The translations under genes and the position numbers were made by a program. From contig CAZXPJ010000006.1 in NCBI GenBank assembly GCA_964642925.1, positions 9,166-73,165 on the forward strand: DNA of 64,000 nucleotides. The letters are read 5' to 3'. Numbering within the stretch: the first letter of the stretch is position 1; the number at the start of each line of letters is the position of its first letter. The stretch is from an uncultured Eubacteriales bacterium (GTDB lineage Bacteria > Bacillota > Peptococcia > Peptococcales > SKKY01). The notes under the pieces were generated by a model, which was not told the origin of the DNA, did not search any database, and worked only from the letters and a program-made list of their open reading frames with translations. Below, piece after piece: positions 55,230 to 64,000 of the stretch.

Positions 55230-56319
55230 TTATCAAACCTTCACTTTCTAAGAAAAAACTTTTTAATTTAAAGCAAAGAAAGTCATTTTCTTCTGATTTT
55301 TTTATAGCAATTCTAAAATATTTATTATTTAAGTTTGGATAATTACTACAATTTCTAATTATTATATTGTACTTAATTAGGTATTCTTGTAACTCTTCTA
55401 CATTCGATCCATTAATTAATTGGATAAAAATAAAATTAGCAGAAGGAATGAATATTTTAATTTCAGGAATCTCTGAAAGCATTCTTAACATTCTATCTCT
55501 TTCTTTTTTAAAATAATTCATTGTTTTAACAACAAAATCATTGTCTTGTAAAAGAAACTCTCCAGCACTTTGTGCAAAAACATTTACGTTCCAAGGGTCT
55601 TTTCTTTTATATAAGCTTTTAATAATACTTGGTTTTCCAAAAAGCATTCCTAATCGAAGTCCAGGAATCCCGTATATTTTTGTTAAAGAATAAAGAATGA
55701 AAAGGTTATTTTCTTCCCCTATCCTATCTCTTAAAGTATACCCTTTTTCATAATCTATAAAATCAATAAAGGATTCATCTAAGAATAAATAAGCTTTATT
55801 TTTATTTACTTCAAATATTATATTTTCCAAAATGTTTTTATTAAAAAATGTACCTGTTGGGTTGTTAGGATTGCAGATAAAAACTATATCACCAGGAGTG
55901 ATTTTTTTTAAAAAAGAGGGATCAAAGTTTTGGAAGTTTTTCGTTAGATTAAAATAATTAACTTTACTACCAGCTGCTTTGGAAGCTATTTCATACTCAG
56001 AAAAAGATGGGGCAGGAATGAATACATTTTTTGCTTTTAGGTAATTTAATAATAAAAATAAAAGTTCTGTTGCTCCATTTCCAAAAATAAAATTTTCTTT
56101 TCTTAAACCAAATTTTTTCTCTGCGATTTTCAATAAATTTTCTGAATTCGGTTCTGGATAATCTTTTATATTTACAATATTATTCCGTAAAATTTCTTGA
56201 AGCTTCTCATTAGGTCCTAATGGATTAATATTTGCACTAAAATCTAAAAGTAAGTTTTGAGGTATATTATAATATTCTGAATAAAATTTTAAATTACCAC
56301 CATGAATACCTTTTTCCAA
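55222..56319 (-). CDS. cobD: L-threonine-O-3-phosphate decarboxylase (class I/II aminotransferase fold)
   Basis: GNGATEL and PLP-lysine context YSLTKIYGIPGLRLG, within a cob cluster context. Confidence 0.8.
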   Translation of the reverse strand: MEKGIHGGNLKFYSEYYNIPQNLLLDFSANINPLGPNEKLQEILRNNIVNIKDYPEPNSENLLKIAEKKFGLRKENFIFGNGATELLFLLLNYLKAKNVFIPAPSFSEYEIASKAAGSKVNYFNLTKNFQNFDPSFLKKITPGDIVFICNPNNPTGTFFNKNILENIIFEVNKNKAYLFLDESFIDFIDYEKGYTLRDRIGEENNLFILYSLTKIYGIPGLRLGMLFGKPSIIKSLYKRKDPWNVNVFAQSAGEFLLQDNDFVVKTMNYFKKERDRMLRMLSEIPEIKIFIPSANFIFIQLINGSNVEELQEYLIKYNIIIRNCSNYPNLNNKYFRIAIKKSEENDFLCFKLKSFFLESEGLIND

Positions 56320-56325
56320 ATATCT

Positions 56326-57207
56326 TTACCTCCTTATAACATAATCATATCCGCCATTTACCATTTTAAAATTTCCTAAACAAGTAAGATTAGGATATTC
56401 TTTTAATATATATTCTGCTAGATTTTCTAAATTAGTTTTTTCATCATTTAATATACCTATTAGAGTTCCACTATGAGCTACATTAATTCCATAAGCTCCT
56501 TTTGATAAAGATATCTTTATTATTTCTTCTAAATTTTCTTTAAATAATATATTTTGATTTTCTAATGAACTTAAAGTAACGGCTTTACCAAGTTTTTTTA
56601 TATCCTTATCAATAAAACTTTCTTTAATTAAAGAATAAGCTTTTTCAATAATAGGCTTTTTCTCAATATTCTTTTTTTCTAAATCAGGATCAGAATTAAA
56701 TTTAATAGTATCTACTTCCCCACCATAATCAAAAACAAGAAAATTAGCAGGAAAAGCTTCTCCAACTTTTTCATAGAAGGATCCTTTAATATGATCAAAG
56801 GCAACTATTCCAGAATAAAATATTCCATCTGATGGTTCAATTTTTAAAAGAATTTTTGATATTTCTTTTTCTGTTAGAAATTTATTATTTAAAATTCCAG
56901 TTGCTATTATAGCTCCTGTCATATCTGCTGTGCTACTAGCCATCCCTTTTCCAATAGGTAAGTCAGATTTAAGCAAAACTTCATAACCTGATTTTTGGTC
57001 CAGGTCGAAAAAAGATAGGGTTTCTTTTATTGCAGAAAGCAATTTAATTTTCCCTGGTTTATTAATAGTTATTTCTTTTGTATTATTTTTTTTCATGGAA
57101 ACAACAGAATAGCAATCCACAGGACAAGTGACTAAAAAATTTATATCCCCAGTTATCCCCTGAATTAATTCTCCGCAACTTCCAGGAACTTTTACAGTAA
57201 CTTGCAA
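56326..57207 (-). CDS. pduX: GHMP-family kinase, PduX-like L-threonine kinase
   Basis: N-terminus PGSCGELIQG and GHMP motif PIGKGMASSTAD. It is adjacent to cobD. Confidence 0.7.
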   Translation of the reverse strand: MQVTVKVPGSCGELIQGITGDINFLVTCPVDCYSVVSMKKNNTKEITINKPGKIKLLSAIKETLSFFDLDQKSGYEVLLKSDLPIGKGMASSTADMTGAIIATGILNNKFLTEKEISKILLKIEPSDGIFYSGIVAFDHIKGSFYEKVGEAFPANFLVFDYGGEVDTIKFNSDPDLEKKNIEKKPIIEKAYSLIKESFIDKDIKKLGKAVTLSSLENQNILFKENLEEIIKISLSKGAYGINVAHSGTLIGILNDEKTNLENLAEYILKEYPNLTCLGNFKMVNGGYDYVIRR

Positions 57208-57219
57208 TAAAATTCACTC

Positions 57220-57963
57220 CTAAGTTAATAAAAAAAACATTACCAGCATAAAAATTGATTGAGCAGTTTGAGCCATTGCTCCATAAGTATCTCCAGTATG
57301 TCCATTTAAAAAATTATTAATTTTTATAGCAATTGATATATTTAAAAAGAAAGTGATAATAATTCCTATAATCGGATAAAAATTATTAGCAAGTAAATAA
57401 GATAAAACAAAAAGTATTATAATGCTTATATAAAAGTAAAGATTTTTTGTTCTATCTTTAAAATATTTTCCAATTCCTTCTTTCCTAGCGTAAGGGAAAA
57501 AAACAATTGTAAATAATAGAAAGCATAAGCCAACAGCTGGGGATAGCATGGTTATTATGTATGGATTATTTATATATTGTAAAGAGGCATACACAGAAAA
57601 TTTTATTATAAATAATATGGTTACTGCGGTAACACTATGCGCTCCAACTCTACTATCTTTCATAATCTCTAGAGCTCTTTCTCTTGGTCTAGCAGAAAAA
57701 ACTCCATCACAGGTATCCATAAAACCATCTAAAAGTAATCCACCACTTAGACCTACCTCCATAAGCAAAAGTATAGCACCTAAAACAAAAGGTGGAATAC
57801 GGTTATTTAAAAAATAAAAAGTTCCAGTAATTATTATTCCTAAAAGAATGCCCACAAAAACAAAGGATTTTTGAGAAGATCCAAAATCTTCGTTGCTTAT
57901 TTCATTTTTTGTTTTTATTGGAATTCTTGTTAAAAATTGAAGAGCTATGATAAAGCTTTTCAT
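57220..57963 (-). CDS. cobS: Adenosylcobinamide-GDP ribazoletransferase (cobalamin synthase)
   Basis: 247-aa polytopic protein with ALQFLTRIP and GFMDTCDG motifs. Confidence 0.88.
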   Translation of the reverse strand: MKSFIIALQFLTRIPIKTKNEISNEDFGSSQKSFVFVGILLGIIITGTFYFLNNRIPPFVLGAILLLMEVGLSGGLLLDGFMDTCDGVFSARPRERALEIMKDSRVGAHSVTAVTILFIIKFSVYASLQYINNPYIITMLSPAVGLCFLLFTIVFFPYARKEGIGKYFKDRTKNLYFYISIIILFVLSYLLANNFYPIIGIIITFFLNISIAIKINNFLNGHTGDTYGAMAQTAQSIFMLVMFFLLT

Positions 57964-59357
57964 TTTAAGGCCCCCTGGTTTTTCTTATAGGACAAGGAAC
58001 TTTTTATAAAATATTCTGCTGCTTCAATATTTGCTGCAAAATGAAAATGTAAAAAAGATGCAAAAAGATTATCTTTAATATATCCATCATTTATATTTCC
58101 TTCTAGATAGTTTACAGCTGACATACCTTCTGCTGTTTCAGATGGTATGTATCTACTATAGTGAAATTCATGACCCGTTAAAATATTTCCTTTTTTCCCT
58201 AAAATACAATTATTTATTAATTCTGCTTGCCTATATCCCATTGAAACTAGTTTTTTGGTCATTTCTGTTTTTCCTGGAATTAAGGAGGCCATAATTTTAG
58301 TTTCCTCATTAAAATCTTTTATTGTTTTATTAAGATACATAAAACCGCCACATTCTGCTAATATGGGCATTTTTTTAGTATGTAATTCTTGTATACTTTT
58401 AAGAAACGTTTTGTTGTTTCCCAATTGATCGATAAATAATTCAGGGAAACCTCCTCCTATAATTAATCCAAAAATATCATCAGGTAGTTTCTTATCTTTA
58501 AGAGGACTAACTGGTACTAATTCTATTCCTAAATGTCTAAGATAATCAAGACTATCATGATAATAAAAAGAAAAAGCTTTATCGTAGGCGTAGGCTACTT
58601 TAATTTTTTCATTTTTATATTTGTTTAAATTTACATCATTAAATACTTTTTCTCTAGGGTAATTATGCTCTCCTGCCGTGGATGCAATCTTCAATAACTT
58701 TTTATGATCAATAGTTTTAGCTAATTCTTCTGCTATAAAATCTAATTGGGAATCTAAATTTTCCATTTCTGATGCTGGTATTAGGCCTAGGTGTCTCTCT
58801 GGCATTTTCAGGGCTTCATTTCTCATTACATGGCCCACTACTTCAATTCCCAAGGGTTCTATTGCATCCATTAATATTTTAAGATGTCTTGGGCTGGCTA
58901 CTTTATTTAAAATAACCCCTTTTACATTTAAATCAGGATCATAATTCATAAAACCATAAACAATAGCAGCGACACTCCTAGCAATGGATCTTGTATCAAC
59001 AACAAGAATTACGGGAGTATTTGTTATTTTTGCTAGATGAGAAGTACTTCCAAATTCATCACTACCACTTTTTCCATCAAACAATCCCATAACACCTTCA
59101 ATAATACTTAAATCTGCATCTTTACTATTCTTAATAAGAAGTTCTTTTACTAATTCTTCTCCAAGCATCCAAGTATCCAGGTTTCTAGAAAAATTACCTG
59201 TAGCAATTGTATGATAACTTGGGTCTATGTAATCAGGACCAGCTTTAAAGCTTTGTACATTGATTCCTAAATTTTTAAAAAGTCTCATTAAACCGCTAGT
59301 TATTGTTGTTTTCCCTGATCCACTAGTTATTCCAGCTATTACAATTCTTGGATTCAA
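57960..59357 (-). CDS. cbiA: Cobyrinate a,c-diamide synthase
   Basis: N-terminal GITSGSGKTT and a C-terminal GATase domain with AECGGFMYL. Confidence 0.9.
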   Translation of the reverse strand: MNPRIVIAGITSGSGKTTITSGLMRLFKNLGINVQSFKAGPDYIDPSYHTIATGNFSRNLDTWMLGEELVKELLIKNSKDADLSIIEGVMGLFDGKSGSDEFGSTSHLAKITNTPVILVVDTRSIARSVAAIVYGFMNYDPDLNVKGVILNKVASPRHLKILMDAIEPLGIEVVGHVMRNEALKMPERHLGLIPASEMENLDSQLDFIAEELAKTIDHKKLLKIASTAGEHNYPREKVFNDVNLNKYKNEKIKVAYAYDKAFSFYYHDSLDYLRHLGIELVPVSPLKDKKLPDDIFGLIIGGGFPELFIDQLGNNKTFLKSIQELHTKKMPILAECGGFMYLNKTIKDFNEETKIMASLIPGKTEMTKKLVSMGYRQAELINNCILGKKGNILTGHEFHYSRYIPSETAEGMSAVNYLEGNINDGYIKDNLFASFLHFHFAANIEAAEYFIKSSLSYKKNQGALK

Positions 59358-59379
59358 ATTAATTCACCTTTTCTATTTA

Positions 59380-60339
59380 TTAAATATAATCGATTAATAA
59401 TCCTATTAATAGTGTTAATGTTACCCAAGTAAATGTTGTCATATACATAATATTAACTACTTGGGTAATTTTATCTTTATTTATCTCTTGTATATTTTCA
59501 CCCATAAATTCTCTAGTGCTCTTTTCACCAAAATAATAATTTTCTCCACCTAATCTAATTTCTAAGGCTCCTGCTGCTGCCCCTTCTGTGTATCCTCCAT
59601 TAGGGCTTGGATGTTTCTTAGCATCATTAATAACCGTCCTAAAAGCATTTTTACCATTTAAACTAGGATATATATAGGATACTAAGATGATCAATAAAGA
59701 AGTAATCCTTGCAGGTATGTAATTAAAAACATCGTCTATTTTCGCAGAAAATCGACCGAAAAATAAATATCTATTGTTTTTATAACCTACCATTGAATCC
59801 AATGTGTTTACGGCTCTATAAAGGAAAGCTAAAGGTGCACCTCCAATCATTCCATAAAAAAGAGGGCTTGTAATACCATCAACAATATTTTCTGCTACAG
59901 TTTCAATAACAGCTCTTGAGATTTCTTTTTCATCCAAGTTTTCTGTATCACGGCCAACAATCATACCCACTTTTTCTCTAGCTTCAATAATATTCCCATC
60001 TTTTAAAAGATTATGGATTTCCATAGCTACTTTTTTCAAAGATTCTGTTGAAATTGTAAAGGATACTAAGATCCCTGATATTAGAATATAAAAATAAAAA
60101 TTAATATATAAAGCTACTTTTACTATTATAAATACAGCAAAAAAAACTATATATAAGACTAAAATATTTAAAACAATTCCCTTTATAAACTTTGCTTTAT
60201 TAGAGCTCTCCTCTTTATAAAGTAATTTCTCTATTAAAGATATTAAGTTACCTATAAGAACAACTGGATGGATTATTCTTTTTGGCTCTGAAAATATTAA
60301 ATCCCATAGATAACCTAAAGTAACTATTATATAATTCAT
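59380..60339 (-). CDS. cbiB: Adenosylcobinamide-phosphate synthase
   Basis: 319-aa membrane protein with HPVVLIGN and SPNGGYTEGA motifs. Confidence 0.88.
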   Translation of the reverse strand: MNYIIVTLGYLWDLIFSEPKRIIHPVVLIGNLISLIEKLLYKEESSNKAKFIKGIVLNILVLYIVFFAVFIIVKVALYINFYFYILISGILVSFTISTESLKKVAMEIHNLLKDGNIIEAREKVGMIVGRDTENLDEKEISRAVIETVAENIVDGITSPLFYGMIGGAPLAFLYRAVNTLDSMVGYKNNRYLFFGRFSAKIDDVFNYIPARITSLLIILVSYIYPSLNGKNAFRTVINDAKKHPSPNGGYTEGAAAGALEIRLGGENYYFGEKSTREFMGENIQEINKDKITQVVNIMYMTTFTWVTLTLLIGLLIDYI

Positions 60340-61868
60340 TTTAAACCCATTATTTTATAAACTTCATCCATATTAAAACTATTCCTTACCACATCAGCTA
60401 ATTCATTAAATGCTTTTTCTTTTTCCAAATTATAATTAATAGTATTTCCTTTTATTTCTTCCCATCCTTTTTCTATACGAAGATTATTTAATATTTTTCT
60501 TCTTAAAGAATCAGCATCAAAAATACCATGAATATATGTCCCAAATACTTTTTTATTAGAGTTCATTACGCCATCAATAACTTCCGTTTCTTTACCGAAG
60601 CGATTTTCTATACAAAAAGGGTTTGTTTTTTCATTTCCAAAATCTGTTGTTCCCATATGAATTTCATATCCATAAAACTTTTCCCCTTTACATCCTTTTA
60701 GTATACCTTCATCACCAATAATGGTTCCAGATACTTGAGTGGTTATTTTTACATTATTAAATATGGTAGTAGTATCTATAAGACCTAATCCCTCTAATTC
60801 CACTAAATCTGATTCAGTTTTTTCGGGATCGTATATCATTTTACCTAAAAGCTGATACCCACCACATATTCCCATTATCCAAGTTCCTTCTTTTGAGGCT
60901 TTTAGTAAAGCTTTATCAAAGCCTGCTTCATTTAAAAATAGCATATCCCCAATTGAATTTTTACTTCCAGGAATTATTATCATATCTGGGCTTCCCAAAT
61001 CTTCTACTTTCTTTACATAACGTAGATTTACATCTACCTCATCATTTAAGATATCAAAATCAGTAAAGTTTGATAGATGTTTAAGATTTATAACTGCTAT
61101 ATCAAGAAGATGATCTTTTTTTTCTTTAGTGCTTTTCTTTTCAATTACTACGGAATCTTCTTCCGGAATTGCAATATCTTCAAAATATGGAACAACTCCA
61201 AGAACGGGTTTCCCTGTTTTTTCTTTTATAAATTCTAAGGCAGGAGTTAGAAGATCTATGTCTCCTCTAAACTTATTTATAATTATTCCTTTTATAAGGT
61301 GTCTTTCTTCTTCGTCTAATAATTCTAAAGTACCTACCACCGATGCAATAGCTCCACCACGATCAATGTCAGCTATTAATAATACGGGAGAATTAAGTTC
61401 TCTAGCTACTTTCATATTAACAACATCATTTTCTTTTAGATTAATTTCTGCAGGGCTTCCTGCTCCTTCAATAAGCAAGGCTTCATAAGTATTAGTGAGA
61501 TATTCCATGCTTTCTTTAATTACTTCCCAAGCTCTTGTCTTATATTCTAAATGGTATTCTTTTGCACTTAAATTACCAGTGGGTTTGCCAAGAACAATTA
61601 CTTGACTTCTTGCATGCTGAGTAGGTTTTAATAATATTGGATTCATTCTTACATCTGCTTCTAATTTTGCAGCTTCTGCTTGAACAACTTGAGCTCTACC
61701 CATTTCCCCTCCATCTTTTGTAACATAGGAATTTAAAGCCATATTTTGAGCTTTAAATGGGGCTACATGGTAACCATCCTGAAGTAATATTCTGCAAAAG
61801 GCTGCTGTTAAAGCACTTTTTCCTACATTAGAACTGGTTCCTTGGAACATTAAAGTTTTCGCTTTCAA
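60336..61868 (-). CDS. cobQ: Cobyric acid synthase
   Basis: MFQGTSSNVGKS and GATase GICGGYQLLG. The probable TTG start at 61868 (AAAGGGA SD) lies just after the cbiC stop. The ORF-track start at 61907 would overlap cbiC. Confidence 0.9.
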   Translation of the reverse strand: MKAKTLMFQGTSSNVGKSALTAAFCRILLQDGYHVAPFKAQNMALNSYVTKDGGEMGRAQVVQAEAAKLEADVRMNPILLKPTQHARSQVIVLGKPTGNLSAKEYHLEYKTRAWEVIKESMEYLTNTYEALLIEGAGSPAEINLKENDVVNMKVARELNSPVLLIADIDRGGAIASVVGTLELLDEEERHLIKGIIINKFRGDIDLLTPALEFIKEKTGKPVLGVVPYFEDIAIPEEDSVVIEKKSTKEKKDHLLDIAVINLKHLSNFTDFDILNDEVDVNLRYVKKVEDLGSPDMIIIPGSKNSIGDMLFLNEAGFDKALLKASKEGTWIMGICGGYQLLGKMIYDPEKTESDLVELEGLGLIDTTTIFNNVKITTQVSGTIIGDEGILKGCKGEKFYGYEIHMGTTDFGNEKTNPFCIENRFGKETEVIDGVMNSNKKVFGTYIHGIFDADSLRRKILNNLRIEKGWEEIKGNTINYNLEKEKAFNELADVVRNSFNMDEVYKIMGLK

Positions 61869-61872
61869 AAGA

Positions 61873-62514
61873 TCAATCCCTTTCAACAATTGAATAAAGT
61901 AGTGCATTAATTACGGAAGCTGCTATTGGACTTCCACCTTTTGTACCTGTTACAGTAATATAAGGTACAGGAGCTTCTGCTATTAAAAGATCCTTACTTT
62001 CTTTTGCTCCAACAAAACCTACTGGAGTTCCAATTATAAGAGCTGGTTTAATATTTTCATTTTTACATAATTCTAGAACAGTAAATAAAGCTGTAGGAGC
62101 ATTTCCAATAGCAATAATACTTCCATTCATTTTATCTTTTAGCATTTTCATTGCTGTCATGGACCGAGTCTCGCCAGTTTTTTTAGCCTCATCTGCTACT
62201 TCCTTATTTGACACAATACAAATAGCTTCAGAACCAACTTTATTTAATGCAGGTTTATTTATACCTACTCTTAACATATTTACATCAGTAATAATTAATG
62301 CTCCGTTTTTTAAAGCTTCCATCCCACTATTTATAGCTTCTGGATGTATTTTAATAATTGGGGCATATTCTGGGTCCCCAGATGTATGTACAATTCTATG
62401 AACAATAGCTTTAACTAAGGGGTCCCATGATTCCGAACCAATTAAACCTTCGATTATATCCATACTTTTGTTTTCAATACCCATTGGGTTAATTTCATAT
62501 TCTTGCTTTTTCAT
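61873..62514 (-). CDS. cbiC: Cobalt-precorrin-8 methylmutase
   Basis: VHTSGDPEY, IGNAPTAL and GFVGA motifs. Confidence 0.88.
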   Translation of the reverse strand: MKKQEYEINPMGIENKSMDIIEGLIGSESWDPLVKAIVHRIVHTSGDPEYAPIIKIHPEAINSGMEALKNGALIITDVNMLRVGINKPALNKVGSEAICIVSNKEVADEAKKTGETRSMTAMKMLKDKMNGSIIAIGNAPTALFTVLELCKNENIKPALIIGTPVGFVGAKESKDLLIAEAPVPYITVTGTKGGSPIAASVINALLYSIVERD

Positions 62515-63269
62515 ATATTATCCTCCATTATTTTAATTATTAATTTTTCTATATCTTTAAAGACTATAGGATATAAGACCTCTGGTCTCTTAATAATAAT
62601 TATATTTATTCCTGATTCTTCAGCAGAAGTAATTTTCTGTATCGTTCCCCCTGCGCTACCACTTTCTTTTGTTATAATTAAATCAATCTGTTTTTCTCTA
62701 ATAATAAGATTATTAAATTCAAAAGAAAAAGGACCTTGCATTGCAATAATATTTCCAGTTGTAATACCAGAGTCCTCGCAGGCTTTAATAGAATTTATTT
62801 CTGGTAGAACTCTTGCATAAACATTTTTAAATTCTATTAATTCCCTAAATTCACTCAAACCTCGAGAACCTATAGTTAATAATATATTAGTTCCAATCTC
62901 TTTTCCTTTTTTAGAAGCTTCAAAAAGATTATCTACAAAAAAAACTTTGTTGTTTTTACTAAAACTAATATCAGGTCTTTCAAATCTAAAATATCCAATA
63001 TCACATTCTTTAGAAGCTTCTATAGCATTTTCAGATATGTTTTTTGCAAAAGGATGTGTTGCATCAATTATAAGATCAACGGAGTTTTCTTTTATGAAAG
63101 AAATTATTCTATCTTTATCCATTATTTCTTTTACAACATTCTCAGAATTCTTTGATGCAAGAAATTTACCATATTCACTTACAATAGTAGTTATAAAATC
63201 TATATTTTTTTCATTCAGTTTTCTAGCTATTTCTCTGGAATCAATGGTTCCTCCAAGAAGTAAAATCAT
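62511..63269 (-). CDS. cbiJ: Cobalt-precorrin-6A reductase
   Basis: MILLLGGTIDSREIA, DATHPFA and KESG motifs. Confidence 0.85.
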   Translation of the reverse strand: MILLLGGTIDSREIARKLNEKNIDFITTIVSEYGKFLASKNSENVVKEIMDKDRIISFIKENSVDLIIDATHPFAKNISENAIEASKECDIGYFRFERPDISFSKNNKVFFVDNLFEASKKGKEIGTNILLTIGSRGLSEFRELIEFKNVYARVLPEINSIKACEDSGITTGNIIAMQGPFSFEFNNLIIREKQIDLIITKESGSAGGTIQKITSAEESGINIIIIKRPEVLYPIVFKDIEKLIIKIMEDNI

Positions 63270-63272
63270 TTT

Positions 63273-64000
63273 CTAATTTCCCCTTAACCATTTTTTATTT
63301 GTTTTTGACAAAACGATAGAAACTTCTTCAGAAATAGCAATTGTCATTCCATCAATTTCGCCTCTTCTTGAAATCAAATTAAGTTTTCCATTTCCAGAAA
63401 TAAGCGCTGAGGGTTCAGCAACTCCATAACTTCCTGTGTTTTTAAAAACAAATTCTGATTTTAATAAATCAGGATGCTTTTCAAAAACCTTGTTTAGTTC
63501 CTTTGCTGAAAATGTTTTAAAGGGGATCTTATATTTAGATGAAAAATCTTTTATACATTTTTCATCTTGTTTCAAATGAATACTTCTTATTTCTTTAACG
63601 GATTTAATTGATAGGTTCTTTTCGGCAAAGTGTTTTAAAAGATTAGCTTCAAAAAGATTAGCTGGAAAATCCTTTTTACATCCTATTCCTAAAATTATAT
63701 TTTTAGGTCTAAGAAAAATTTCGCTTTTTAAAGATACATCTAGTTTATTAGTAATTATTCCAATTAAATTTTCTTTTTTTATTTCTTTGATATAGTCATC
63801 TATTTTATAAAAGGAAAATTCTTTTATTTCTTCTTTATCAGATATTTCTATACCTTGATCGATTAGAATATCAATTTTTTTTCCTTTAAGAAGAGCTAAA
63901 TTAAATATTTTAATATTTTTAACAGGATCAACTGTTAATCCAAAATCCTTAGCAAAGGAATCTAGTGCATAAATATTATTTACATCTGTAGCAGTGGTGA
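63273..64000 (-). CDS. cbiG: Cobalt-precorrin-5A hydrolase, 5' end beyond window
   Basis: I checked the reading frame codon by codon and it stays open from 63273 to the window edge. It contains LGIGCKKD and the C-terminal GVAEPSAL domain. The TTG at 63575 in the ORF track is internal. Confidence 0.8.
   Translation of the reverse strand, partial: TTATDVNNIYALDSFAKDFGLTVDPVKNIKIFNLALLKGKKIDILIDQGIEISDKEEIKEFSFYKIDDYIKEIKKENLIGIITNKLDVSLKSEIFLRPKNIILGIGCKKDFPANLFEANLLKHFAEKNLSIKSVKEIRSIHLKQDEKCIKDFSSKYKIPFKTFSAKELNKVFEKHPDLLKSEFVFKNTGSYGVAEPSALISGNGKLNLISRRGEIDGMTIAISEEVSIVLSKTNKKWLRGN

Overview
This is a 64-kb chromosomal segment from a low-GC, AT-rich anaerobic Firmicute. It looks like Clostridia or Tissierellia, but that is only a class-level guess from gene content and codon style. 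GC is about 30% by eye and was not computed. Coding density is very high, with many 1-8 nt stop/start overlaps. I found no rRNA, tRNA, CRISPR array, transposase or integrase.

Plus-strand half (1-30.6 kb):
- A four-subunit 2-oxoacid:ferredoxin oxidoreductase (korDABC-type) and a divergent Na+/proline symporter.
- A LivJHMGF branched-chain amino-acid ABC importer.
- A C4-dicarboxylate block: sdhCAB/frd, two-subunit class I fumarase and malic enzyme.
- ung, a Nudix hydrolase, a DEAD-box helicase and threonine aldolase.
- A small accessory patch: HD-domain protein, CofE-like protein, YigZ, a membrane 4Fe-4S protein, rhodanese, a Crp/Fnr regulator, a DUF45 peptidase and an orphan ORF.
- ptb-buk, mtnN, and a divergent yneA-like/lexA SOS module with three Cheo boxes.

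Minus-strand half (30.8-64 kb):
- ddl, ynbB-like, hfq and miaA.
- An accessory block holding a complete N-type (Na+) ATPase operon atpDCQRBEFAG, plus an extra coupled membrane ORF, a tandem Usp and a TspO-like protein.
- The mismatch-repair operon, in which mutS and mutL are separated by a tightly coupled pair: a hydantoinase-A-like ATPase and an HDAC-family deacetylase.
- ymcA-miaB, a ytxG/ytxH/DUF1232 stress trio, and a cobalamin cluster (cbiG partial, cbiJ, cbiC, cobQ, cbiB, cbiA, cobS, pduX-like, cobD, cobC).

Best candidates for something new:
- The two-gene insertion inside mutSL.
- The N-ATPase island with its tenth gene, sitting between mutL and miaA.
- A leader-ORF/terminator element upstream of sdhC.

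All functional calls rest on motif recognition by eye. No database search was run.
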